Part shown: piece by piece, positions 1 to 10,731 of the stretch
Layout of the letters: every line of letters starts with the position of its first letter
How positions within the stretch are numbered: the stretch's first letter is position 1
From: Erysipelotrichaceae bacterium OH741_COT-311
Lineage (GTDB): Bacteria > Bacillota_I > Bacilli_A > Erysipelotrichales > Erysipelotrichaceae
Direction: 5' to 3'
NCBI GenBank assembly: GCA_003858585.1
Contig: RQZE01000008.1
Coordinates: 45,544 to 77,543 of the forward strand
Length of the DNA: 32,000 nt
Position numbers and translations under genes: made by a program
The notes under the pieces: model-generated
Database searches by the model: none
Told to the model about the DNA's origin: nothing
Seen by the model: the letters and a program-made list of their open reading frames with translations, nothing else

Positions 1-2709
<2,709 letters not shown>

Positions 2710-2713
<4 letters not shown>

Positions 2714-2919
2714 CGATCTTTTACAATTTGATATGTACTTCCTTCTATTACAACAATATCCCCATGATACAACTTACGTCCACGACGATCTTCTTTTGCA
2801 TTATTTACAGTGATGTTTAGTTGTTTTACCATACATTTAGCTTGACCGCCACTTTGGATATAATCCGTTAATTTTAATAATTGTCCAAGGGTAATATATT
2901 CACTTGTAATATGAATCAT
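2710..2919 (-). CDS. yaaA: Small S4-domain RNA-binding protein (YaaA-like)
   Basis: 69-aa ORF with a 4-nt overlap with recF. It occupies the conserved dnaN-yaaA-recF position, and ITLGQLLKL...GGQAK is S4-like. Confidence 0.85.
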
Positions 2920-2992
2920 AATATCAATTTCCTTTTTTATACTAGATTATTATATCATAGTTTAATGTAATGTAGGTACCTACATATAAAAT

Positions 2993-3023
2993 AAAAAAAG
3001 CGCTTATTTTCAAAATAAACGCT
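2993..3023 (-). terminator. Rho-independent terminator after dnaN
   Basis: Inverted repeat agcgcttatttt / aaaataaacgct (2999-3010 / 3012-3023, one mismatch). On the minus strand it is followed by the T-run encoded by the plus-strand A-run 2993-2999. Confidence 0.55.
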
Positions 3024-3034
3024 ATATTCTAACA

Positions 3035-4159
3035 TTAGTTATAACTTCTTACCGGTAATACTAACTGAATAATACTTTCATCAACTAAAGAATTAATAAT
3101 AAACTGCTTCATTTCTCCACTGAAGTTAATCTTAACACGGGCATTTCCTAAAGCACGTAAAGCTTCAATGACATAACGACCGCTAAATGATAACTCAATC
3201 GGTTCTCCTTGATAGATAGCTCCATCTAATAATTCTTCTGATGATCCTACTTCTTGACTTCTCGATGAAACAATGACTTCTTCCGGACTTGCGGTTAATT
3301 TAATAATACTGATTCCTTCATTTTTAATGAAAGAAGCACGGTCAATCGCTTTTAATAATTCATAACCATCTACCTCTAAGAAACGATTAAAGTCTTTTAA
3401 AATCAAACGTTCTGCATCCGGATAATCTTCATTGATTAAACGAGTTTGAATGATGGTAGTATCAATAAAGAATTGTGCTTTTTTATTTGATACTGAAACT
3501 TGAATGTCTTTTTCTTCATTTAATGATTTTAAAACTTCATTTAAACTCTTTGCCGGAATTGTAATATTAAAAGTATTTGGTGTATCCAAATCTACCGTTT
3601 TTAATGCTAAACGATAGCTATCGGTAGCAATACATTTTAATTCATTACCGGAAGCTTTAAAATTTACTCCTGTTAAAGCAGGACGTGTTTCTTTATCTGA
3701 TGTTGCGAAAGTAGTTTGATTGATAATATCAACTAACGTTTTAGATGGCAAGGTAAAAGATTGTTCACATACGGTAAAATCAATTAATGGATAATCCGTA
3801 CTTCGAATACCATTGATATTAAATTCAGCATGATCACCACTGATTTTTGTTAATGAACCATCTACAATTTCAATCGTAATTTCACTGCTTTCAATCTTAC
3901 GAACAATTTCCATGATATATCTTGATTCAATAACAATACTACCTACTTCATTAACAATTAAGTTTAATTGTTCATTAGTATCATTGGATAATCTTGTTTG
4001 TATTGAAATATTAGAATCGGAACCTGTTAAAATTAATTCATTGTCTTTTACATCGATTTTGATACCTGTTAAAGAAGGTAATGGAGAATTATGAGAAACT
4101 GCACCTGCCACAATTGTAAGCGCATTGTAAAATGCTTTTTTTGAAACAATAAAATTCAT
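3035..4159 (-). CDS. dnaN: DNA polymerase III beta sliding clamp
   Basis: 374-aa ORF directly downstream of dnaA with the typical three-domain length. N-terminus MNFIVSKKAFYNALTIVAGAVS...PLPSLTGIKI and a C-terminal ...LVLPVRSYN-type ending. Confidence 0.95.
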   Translation of the reverse strand: MNFIVSKKAFYNALTIVAGAVSHNSPLPSLTGIKIDVKDNELILTGSDSNISIQTRLSNDTNEQLNLIVNEVGSIVIESRYIMEIVRKIESSEITIEIVDGSLTKISGDHAEFNINGIRSTDYPLIDFTVCEQSFTLPSKTLVDIINQTTFATSDKETRPALTGVNFKASGNELKCIATDSYRLALKTVDLDTPNTFNITIPAKSLNEVLKSLNEEKDIQVSVSNKKAQFFIDTTIIQTRLINEDYPDAERLILKDFNRFLEVDGYELLKAIDRASFIKNEGISIIKLTASPEEVIVSSRSQEVGSSEELLDGAIYQGEPIELSFSGRYVIEALRALGNARVKINFSGEMKQFIINSLVDESIIQLVLPVRSYN

Positions 4160-4299
4160 AGCGTTACTCCTTTTTATTTTTTATAAAGATTAAATACTAT
4201 TAGGACTGTGGATACTGTGTATAAGTTATAAAAGTCCTTATATACTAAAACTATTCTATCAAATTTTTATGTTAATTAAAAGTGAATAATTGTGGATAA
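4160..4299. other. oriC, dnaA-dnaN intergenic half (DnaA boxes plus AT-rich candidate unwinding region)
   Basis: Read on the dnaA-sense strand: a perfect TTATCCACA (complement of 4291-4299, abutting the dnaA stop) and GTATCCACA (complement of 4207-4215). These are followed by the very AT-rich stretch 4165-4206 just upstream of the dnaN RBS. Confidence 0.7.
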
Positions 4300-5649
4300 T
4301 TATACCTTGATAAGATGTTCAATCTCCATAATAACTTTTTGAAATAATGGATTCTCTTTGATCTGTTTCTCAACTTTTTCACAGGCATTCATTACTGTTG
4401 AATGATCACGTTTTCCGAATTCATCCCCTATTTTTAAATATGGCAAATCTAAATGTTTACGTGATAAATACATAGCAATATGGCGTGCTGTGGCTACATT
4501 TTTCGTGCGTACCTTAGATGTAAGTTGCTGTTTTGTTAAACCATAGTAATCACAGATAATCTTTTTTATAAAGTTAATGTTTAATTCCGTCTTTGTTTCC
4601 ACAACTTGTCCTTTAAAAGCATCCATTGCCATGGCTAAATCAATTTTATTACGCACACCTTTAAAATTAATGGAATAGAATAATAAACGAGTTAAAGCTC
4701 CTTCTAATGAACGAACATCCTTAGAGAAATTGGTTGCGATATAGGCTAAGGTATCTTCAGTAACGGTTTGTTTTAAATCTGTGTTATTGGTAAGTTTTGA
4801 TTTTAAAATATTAATACTTGTTTCAAACTCCGGAGATTCAATATTTACATTTAAGCCAGAATTAAAACGTGAAATAATACGATCTTCAAGTCCTTGGATT
4901 TCACTAGGAATGCAATCACTTGTTAAACAGATTTGTTTACGGTTATTTACAAGTTCATTAAACACACTAAAAAAGATTTCATGTGTCTTTTCTTTTCCGG
5001 CAATAAATTGAATGTCATCTACTAAAAGAAGGTCTAAATCATAGAGTTCTTTTTTAAATTCATCAAGTTTATTGGCTTTTGAGGATTTAACTACACAGTC
5101 AACAAATTCTAAACCGGAGATTAATCCAATCTTTTTATCTGGAAACATCTTTTTTACATGATTGCCAATGGCATTGAGTAAGTGTGTTTTTCCAAGACCT
5201 GAATTACCATAGATAAACAATGGATTGTAAGTGGTACCTGGATTATTTGCACATGTAAAAGCTGCAACCTGACTTTGTACATTGGAATTACCGATGACGA
5301 AATTTTCAAATGTATAATCACTTTTTAATTTATTTTTTAGGAAGTATGTTTTTACTTCGTTTGATTTTTGAATGCCAAAATGTTCAAAATATTGATTTTT
5401 AATAAATACTTCACAGTGTATTGTTCCATTTACAATGCGACTGATGTGATCGTTAATACTTGCTAAATAGTTATTAACAATCGCTAAACCCATATTATTT
5501 TCAACGATGATAATGGCTTTATTGTTATTGATGCTGTGGATATATGAAGTTTGCAAGTATTGTAGTGAATACGAATCATTGATCTCAAGGTCTAATAATT
5601 CTGTTGTTTTATTCCAAATATCCAGCAGGTATCTCTCATTTGTAACCAT
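4300..5649 (-). CDS. dnaA: Chromosomal replication initiator protein DnaA
   Basis: 449-aa ORF with AAA+ Walker A GNSGLGKTHLL, Walker B LLLVDDIQF and a C-terminal DnaA-box-binding HTH (VATARHIAMYLSRK...GDEFGKRDHSTV). The RBS is gggggg. Confidence 0.97.
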   Translation of the reverse strand: MVTNERYLLDIWNKTTELLDLEINDSYSLQYLQTSYIHSINNNKAIIIVENNMGLAIVNNYLASINDHISRIVNGTIHCEVFIKNQYFEHFGIQKSNEVKTYFLKNKLKSDYTFENFVIGNSNVQSQVAAFTCANNPGTTYNPLFIYGNSGLGKTHLLNAIGNHVKKMFPDKKIGLISGLEFVDCVVKSSKANKLDEFKKELYDLDLLLVDDIQFIAGKEKTHEIFFSVFNELVNNRKQICLTSDCIPSEIQGLEDRIISRFNSGLNVNIESPEFETSINILKSKLTNNTDLKQTVTEDTLAYIATNFSKDVRSLEGALTRLLFYSINFKGVRNKIDLAMAMDAFKGQVVETKTELNINFIKKIICDYYGLTKQQLTSKVRTKNVATARHIAMYLSRKHLDLPYLKIGDEFGKRDHSTVMNACEKVEKQIKENPLFQKVIMEIEHLIKV

Positions 5650-5735
5650 ATAGATTCCCCCCAGTACAACTATAATACATCATATTTATGGACTTGTATG
5701 ATGAAAATAAATGTAAAAAAGTTTCACACAGTAAA

Positions 5736-5965
5736 TGTGGATAAAATAAGACTATAAAATCAATATTTTATATAGTTATCCACAATTATCCACAACTTTT
5801 GAAAAGTGTAAATCTTGTGGATAAATAAATCACAATCACATAATGTGTGGATTACGTGCATAAAATACAGGGTGTGAAAAACTATAAACAACTTATCCAC
5901 CTAAGAAAAAACGATAGATGAGCAATTTTTTGTAGAAATGAATACTATCCACATTCTGTGGAAAA
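5736..5965. promoter_or_regulatory. oriC, dnaA-upstream DnaA-box cluster
   Basis: Four perfect TTATCCACA boxes: 5776-5784 and 5786-5794 forward, 5736-5744 and 5816-5824 reverse. Four boxes carry one mismatch: 5846-5854, 5893-5901, 5945-5953 and 5957-5965. Confidence 0.9.
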
Positions 5966-6003
5966 AAGTAAAAAAGGGATGTTTATAAGTTGTGTATAAG
6001 TAG

Positions 6004-6012
6004 TGGTATAAT
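6004..6012 (+). promoter_or_regulatory. Extended -10 promoter element (TGGTATAAT) for the VanY-like gene
   Basis: TGnTATAAT match lying 23 nt upstream of the ATG at 6035. The RBS aaagaggt follows it. Confidence 0.5.
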
Positions 6013-6034
6013 GTAGAAGATAAAGAGGTAAATT

Positions 6035-6787
6035 ATGAAAAAAGGAATGATTTTATTTATGGTAAGTATCTTAGTGGCTTGTACGTCAAATATAAAGGAA
6101 GAAACAACCATGCCTAAGGAAGAAACAATAACGACAATGACAACAACAATACAAACAACCGGTGAAACGACAACTACACAAGAAATCATTGAAACAACAA
6201 AAGCTATGCAAAGTGAAAAGGATATTGATGATTACAATAGTATCTATGTCATCATTAATAAACAAAGACCATTGCCGGAAAATTATGAACCAAGTGATTT
6301 AGTGATACCCAATGTGAGTTTGATGAAAGAATTGTATTTACGTAAGGAAGCAGCAAAAGCAATTGAAGAAATGTTTGAAGCAGCACTCAATGATGGAATA
6401 GAATTAAAAATTGGTAGTGGCTATCGTTCTTATGCATATCAAAGTCGTTTATATAGTAATTATGCAAAGCGTGATGGAGAAGAGGCGGCATCCCGTTATA
6501 GTTCTAAGCCGGGTCAATCGGAACATCAAACAGGTTTGGTGGTCGATCTTGCCGCAAGCAATGAGGTATGCTATTTAGAACAGTGTTTTGAAGATACAAA
6601 GGAAGCACAATGGCTATTTGAACATAGTTATAAATATGGGTTTGTTCTTCGTTATTTAAAAGATAAAGAAGACATTACGGGTTATATGTATGAACCATGG
6701 CATTATCGTTATATCGGAAAAGAAGAAGCTAAGAAGGTCTATGAAAGTGGATTAACGTTAGAGGAGTATTTTGGTTTAGTAGAATAA
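6035..6787 (+). CDS. D-alanyl-D-alanine carboxypeptidase lipoprotein, peptidase M15B (VanY-like)
   Basis: Lipobox ILVAC-T followed by a Thr/Glu-rich low-complexity linker. Zn-ligand motifs SEHQTGLVVD (H-x6-D) and EPWHYRY, plus SGYRSYAYQ. Confidence 0.88.
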   Translation: MKKGMILFMVSILVACTSNIKEETTMPKEETITTMTTTIQTTGETTTTQEIIETTKAMQSEKDIDDYNSIYVIINKQRPLPENYEPSDLVIPNVSLMKELYLRKEAAKAIEEMFEAALNDGIELKIGSGYRSYAYQSRLYSNYAKRDGEEAASRYSSKPGQSEHQTGLVVDLAASNEVCYLEQCFEDTKEAQWLFEHSYKYGFVLRYLKDKEDITGYMYEPWHYRYIGKEEAKKVYESGLTLEEYFGLVE

Positions 6788-6791
6788 TTCC

Positions 6792-6819
6792 CTGTTGATT
6801 ATTTATTAACAGAATTTTT
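6792..6819 (+). terminator. Putative terminator after the VanY-like gene
   Basis: Hairpin ctgttgat/attaacag (8 bp including one G-U pair, 5-nt loop) at 6792-6812, then ttttt at 6815-6819. Confidence 0.45.
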
Positions 6820-6934
6820 AATTGTATAAAAAAAGTTGAATTTTTAAAAATGAATTTTTATTCATTCTTTATCCAACTATTTATTTTATAAGATTTGTCT
6901 TGTTTTTTTATATTTTTGTATCAAATTAGATAAC

Positions 6935-6963
6935 TTGACAATTGTGTTATATTAATATAGAAT
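6935..6963 (+). promoter_or_regulatory. Sigma-A-type promoter of rpmH-rnpA
   Basis: TTGACA (6935-6940), a 17-nt spacer, then TAGAAT (6958-6963), about 50 nt upstream of the rpmH ATG. Confidence 0.55.
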
Positions 6964-7014
6964 AAAACAGCAATTGCTCATTATATTAAAAAATAGAACT
7001 GGAGGTGGCTCTTT

Positions 7015-7149
7015 ATGAAAAGAACTTATCAACCGAGCAAAAGAAAACACCAAAAAGTCCACGGTTTCAGAGCTAGAATGAAGACGGTCGGAGGCAGAAA
7101 AGTATTGGCACGTCGTCGCTTCAAAGGCAGAAAGACATTGTCGGCATAA
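7015..7149 (+). CDS. rpmH: 50S ribosomal protein L34
   Basis: Too short for the ORF track. My translation is [44 protein letters not shown] (44 aa), a near-consensus L34. The RBS ggaggt is at 7001-7006. Confidence 0.97.
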   Translation: MKRTYQPSKRKHQKVHGFRARMKTVGGRKVLARRRFKGRKTLSA

Positions 7150-7150
7150 A

Positions 7151-7173
7151 AGTCACCGTAAGGTGGCTTTTTT
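7151..7173 (+). terminator. Hairpin plus T6 between rpmH and rnpA (terminator/attenuator)
   Basis: Stem agtcacc / ggtggct (7 bp, one G-U pair) with loop gtaa, followed by tttttt (7168-7173). It ends 10 nt before the rnpA ATG. Confidence 0.6.
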
Positions 7174-7182
7174 CTACTTTTC

Positions 7183-7515
7183 ATGAAAAAAAAGTATCGA
7201 ATTAAAAAAAATGAAGAGTTCCAGGCTATTATTCATTTAAGACATTCTGTTGTTAATAAGGCGTATGTCCTTTATTATTCTAAGAAAAAAGAGGAACATG
7301 GTCGATTAGGAATAAGTGTTTCAAAGAAGATGGGCAAAGCGAATGTTCGTAATAAAATAAAAAGACAAGTCCGTATGATGGTTCAAGATATTATCAAGCA
7401 AGGGTTGTTGATGATGGATGTGATTTTGATTGTTCGTGCTCCATATTTACAACAATCCTATATAGATAATAAAAAAGACTTGGAAAGCTTAATTAAAAAA
7501 GTTAAAATAAAGTAG
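7183..7515 (+). CDS. rnpA: Ribonuclease P protein component
   Basis: 110-aa basic ORF immediately after rpmH. It carries the RNase P protein signature region GISVSKKMGKANVRNKIKRQVR. Confidence 0.93.
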   Translation: MKKKYRIKKNEEFQAIIHLRHSVVNKAYVLYYSKKKEEHGRLGISVSKKMGKANVRNKIKRQVRMMVQDIIKQGLLMMDVILIVRAPYLQQSYIDNKKDLESLIKKVKIK

Positions 7516-7537
7516 TATTTTATAAGGAGAGAAGAAG

Positions 7538-8395
7538 ATGAATAAAAGAAAGATTATTCTTTTGTTAGTAGTGTTAGGTAGCTTATTCCTACTTTCAGGA
7601 TGTAGTGTTCCGCAAGAAAATGGAAAAATAATATTAATTACAGATCAAACAACATTTAGCTATATGATTAATAATGAAGGTTGGTTCAGTGCATTATTTG
7701 TATACCCATTGTCAAAAGCCATTAACTTTTTAGCACCACTTACAAATGTGGCGATTGCGATTGCAATTGTAACGATTATCATTAATGGTTTAATTTTACT
7801 GTTTACATTTAAAGCAACTATGGATCAACAAAAGATGCAGGCGTTACAACCTGAAATCTTAAAGATTCAAAAGAAATATGAAGGAAAAACTGATCAACAA
7901 GCTAAGATGATGATGGGTCAAGAGATGCAAGCTGTTTATAATAAACATAATGTAAATCCTCTTGGTTCCATTGCAGTTATGTTTTTACAATTTCCGGTGA
8001 TTATTGCGATGTATCAATCTGTACAACGTGCAGAGTCAGTAAGTACAGGTACATTCTTAGGCTTATCTTTAGAACAAACTCCACTTAAGGGAATTCAAGG
8101 TGGTCAATACATGTATTTAGTAATCTTTATTGTAATGATTTTAACACAATTCATTGCGATGAAATTACCTCAATATTTATCAGAAAAGCGTGCTCGTGAA
8201 GTGGCTGAAAAAGCAGGTCGTCGTTATGAAAAACAAAAATTACCTGGTGGTAATATGATGTATGGTATGATGGCAATTATTTCTGTCATTTCCATCAGTT
8301 GGCCAGCAGCGATGACGATTTATTGGATTATTTCTTCGGTTGTTAATGCAGGTAAGGCTGTCTTGGTTCAACATTTAATTAATAAGAATAGTTAA
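7538..8395 (+). CDS. yidC: Membrane protein insertase YidC/SpoIIIJ family (lipoprotein)
   Basis: Lipobox LLSGC-S, multiple TM helices and a basic C-terminus. It sits in the conserved rnpA-yidC-jag position. Confidence 0.93.
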   Translation: MNKRKIILLLVVLGSLFLLSGCSVPQENGKIILITDQTTFSYMINNEGWFSALFVYPLSKAINFLAPLTNVAIAIAIVTIIINGLILLFTFKATMDQQKMQALQPEILKIQKKYEGKTDQQAKMMMGQEMQAVYNKHNVNPLGSIAVMFLQFPVIIAMYQSVQRAESVSTGTFLGLSLEQTPLKGIQGGQYMYLVIFIVMILTQFIAMKLPQYLSEKRAREVAEKAGRRYEKQKLPGGNMMYGMMAIISVISISWPAAMTIYWIISSVVNAGKAVLVQHLINKNS

Positions 8396-8405
8396 GGAGG
8401 TTACC

Positions 8406-9017
8406 ATGGAAAAATTCACAGGAAAAACATTGGATGATGTTTTAGCAAGTATTGCAAGAGAAAAGAATTGTGCATTAGAAGATATTACGTATAATATCTT
8501 AGAAGAAAAAAAGGGAATTTTAGGAATTGGTAGTTCAGTAACTGTTGAGGCATATTGTAAAGATGATATTAAAGAATTTATCTTTAATTATTTAGGTGAA
8601 TTTTTTATGGAAATCAATCAACCGGTATCGGTTGAAATCATTGAAGAACCTAGTGGTTATAAAGTATTATTGGATTCAGAAAACAATGCGATTATTATTG
8701 GTAAAGCCGGTCAAACGTTACATGCGATTAATTTAGTTGTACGTAGTGCAGTAAATTCAACGTTTAAGAAGCGTGTTTCTATCTTAATTGATGTGAATAA
8801 TTATAAAGAAGATCGTTATGCTAAGGTGAAACAATTAGCAAAGCGTGTTGCTCGTAATGTGTTAAAGACAAAGATGGATGCTTCATTAGATCCAATGCCA
8901 AATGATGAGCGTAAAGTGATTCACCAACTTCTTACAGATTATAAGAATATTAAAACAGAATCTGAAGGAGAAGGTAGTAAACGTCATTTAGTGATTAAAT
9001 ATGTAGAACAAAAATAA
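8406..9017 (+). CDS. jag: RNA-binding protein Jag/KhpB (Jag_N-KH-R3H)
   Basis: 203-aa ORF after yidC. KH-like IIGKAGQTLHAINLV and an R3H motif DPMPNDERKVIHQLL. Confidence 0.9.
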   Translation: MEKFTGKTLDDVLASIAREKNCALEDITYNILEEKKGILGIGSSVTVEAYCKDDIKEFIFNYLGEFFMEINQPVSVEIIEEPSGYKVLLDSENNAIIIGKAGQTLHAINLVVRSAVNSTFKKRVSILIDVNNYKEDRYAKVKQLAKRVARNVLKTKMDASLDPMPNDERKVIHQLLTDYKNIKTESEGEGSKRHLVIKYVEQK

Positions 9018-9038
9018 GACTTCTTTGAAGTCTTTTTT
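9016..9038 (+). terminator. Rho-independent terminator after jag
   Basis: Stem aagacttc / gaagtctt (8 bp) with loop ttt and a T-run to 9038. The hairpin includes the jag stop codon. Confidence 0.7.
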
Positions 9039-9053
9039 CAAAAAAGGAGTATT

Positions 9054-9728
9054 ATGAATACATTAATCAAAAAGAAAAATAAACGTTGGATTATAATACA
9101 TTATTTTTTATCCTTAAACATTGTATTGCCACTTCTATTAGGTCTATTTATTAAAGATTCTCAAGTAGTGTCATATCTATTATATGTTGGATATTTTATA
9201 TATATTCTAGTGGTTTGTAAGGACTATCTCATTGATTTATTTCGTTACATTTCAAATTATTTTTTAGGGTTATTAGGAAGAAGTGCAATAAGGTATCCTG
9301 TCTTGTTTCTTAGTGCGCTTATCTCATCCATTTTAGTAAGTGCATTATTAGATAATCAAGTTGTAAACAATCAAGATGTTATTCAAGATATGATTTACAA
9401 TAATGCTGTATTTGGATTCTTTCTGGTGTGTATATTTGCCCCATTAGTGGAAGAGATTATCTTTCGTTCGATTATCTTTCAAGGTCTTAAAGACAAATAC
9501 AATCGTAGTATTGCTTATATTGTTTCCTCGCTATTTTTTGGCTTCTTACACATCGTAGTAATTTTAGTACAAAAAGAGTATTACATTGCATTAGTATCTA
9601 TGATTCCTTATGCAGCAATGGGCTTTGTCTTGGCTTATTTCTATGAAAAAGAACAACATGTTGCTGGAAGTTATTTGTTACATTTTATACAAAATACAAT
9701 TGGTTTTTTATTAATATTGAATTTATAA
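9054..9728 (+). CDS. CPBP (CAAX/Abi family) intramembrane glutamic protease
   Basis: Polytopic membrane ORF with the three CPBP motifs: EEIIFRS (EExxxR), FGFLH (FxxxH) and HFIQN (HxxxN). Confidence 0.85.
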   Translation: MNTLIKKKNKRWIIIHYFLSLNIVLPLLLGLFIKDSQVVSYLLYVGYFIYILVVCKDYLIDLFRYISNYFLGLLGRSAIRYPVLFLSALISSILVSALLDNQVVNNQDVIQDMIYNNAVFGFFLVCIFAPLVEEIIFRSIIFQGLKDKYNRSIAYIVSSLFFGFLHIVVILVQKEYYIALVSMIPYAAMGFVLAYFYEKEQHVAGSYLLHFIQNTIGFLLILNL

Positions 9729-9736
9729 AAATTGAT

Positions 9737-9775
9737 ATACTCTCTTTACTGGTAAGCAGAAAAGAGAGTATTTTT
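9737..9775 (+). terminator. Rho-independent terminator after the CPBP gene
   Basis: Stem atactctcttt / aaagagagtat (11 bp; 9737-9747 / 9761-9771) with a 13-nt loop, then ttttt. Confidence 0.7.
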
Positions 9776-9802
9776 CATTGTTTAAACTACATGAAAAGAT
9801 GC

Positions 9803-9833
9803 TTGACCTGTCCATTTGGGACCATGTTAGTAT
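9803..9833 (+). promoter_or_regulatory. Candidate MerR-type promoter with a 19-bp spacer
   Basis: TTGACC (9803-9808), a 19-nt spacer, then TAGTAT (9828-9833). The spacer contains the small dyad GTCC-N5-GGAC (9811-9823). Confidence 0.4.
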
Positions 9834-9851
9834 TTGGTTAAGGAGGACGAT

Positions 9852-10706
9852 ATGTTAAGAAATGAAATACAAGAAAAAACAGGTTTAACAAGAAAAGCAC
9901 TTGAATACTATGAAGAAAAAGGATTTATCAAACCAGAAAAGATGGAAAATGGCTATCGTAATTATAGTGAAGAGGATTTACATTGTCTAAAAACTATCAT
10001 GATGTATAAGAAACTTGGCTTATCGATTAAGGATATAGAAACAATACTATATCAACAAACCTCATTAGGCTCTTTACTTAGAAAGAAACAGTTTTATATG
10101 CAACAAGAGGAAGAAAGAATTAAGCTTCTGGAACAACTTGTAAAAGATAACAATACAGCAGAGGTTATGAAACAAGTATCCTATCTTACTCAACAAGAAA
10201 CGATTTATGAAAAGCTAACAGGTATCTTTCCGGGATATTTTGGTCAATTACTATTTTCATCGTATCAACCATTTTTTAATAAACCTTTAAAACAAGAACA
10301 AGAAGATGCGTTTTATCGTCTTGTAGAGTATTTAGATGCATTACCATCTTTCAAATTAAGTAAAAAGGAACAAGATTATCTGGAAGAAGTAACTGCATCA
10401 ATGGATTATTCCATGTTAAAGGAGATTCAAACTTCTAAAATGAATGCCATTCAAGACTATACAACATGGAACAAGAAACATCAAGAAGAAATAAAACAAT
10501 ATGAGACATTTAAAAATAGCGAAGAGTATCAAACAAGTCTTATAAAACAAATACAAGAAAAATTAAAAAAATATATGATAGAGCACAAGTATTATGAAAT
10601 TGCGATACCACTTATACGTTCCTTTAGCAAAGCGTATGATGACTATTATGAGCAATTACAAAAAGCAAACGAACATTATCTTAATCATTTATCATTAAAA
10701 AAGTAA
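9852..10706 (+). CDS. MerR-family transcriptional regulator with a long helical C-terminal domain
   Basis: N-terminal MerR HTH (LTRKALEYYEEKGFIKPEKMENGYRNYSEEDLHCLKTIMMYKKLGLSIKDIE). I prefer the ATG at 9852 (RBS aggagg at 9841-9846) over the TTG at 9834 used in the ORF track. Confidence 0.85.
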   Translation: MLRNEIQEKTGLTRKALEYYEEKGFIKPEKMENGYRNYSEEDLHCLKTIMMYKKLGLSIKDIETILYQQTSLGSLLRKKQFYMQQEEERIKLLEQLVKDNNTAEVMKQVSYLTQQETIYEKLTGIFPGYFGQLLFSSYQPFFNKPLKQEQEDAFYRLVEYLDALPSFKLSKKEQDYLEEVTASMDYSMLKEIQTSKMNAIQDYTTWNKKHQEEIKQYETFKNSEEYQTSLIKQIQEKLKKYMIEHKYYEIAIPLIRSFSKAYDDYYEQLQKANEHYLNHLSLKK

Positions 10707-10725
10707 ATCTCAGGATTTACTTTTT
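10702..10725. terminator. Bidirectional terminator between the convergent MerR and lipoprotein genes
   Basis: Stem agtaaatc / gatttact (8 bp) with loop tcag, a T-run at 10721-10725 and an A-run on the other side. Confidence 0.6.
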
Positions 10726-10731
10726 ATTTAG

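Noticed and set aside
5983-6189. 68-aa minus-strand ORF rich in Val/Ile
   Set aside because: It is the antisense reading of the Thr-rich (ACA/ACG) linker of the VanY-like gene and of the promoter region, so it is a composition artefact.
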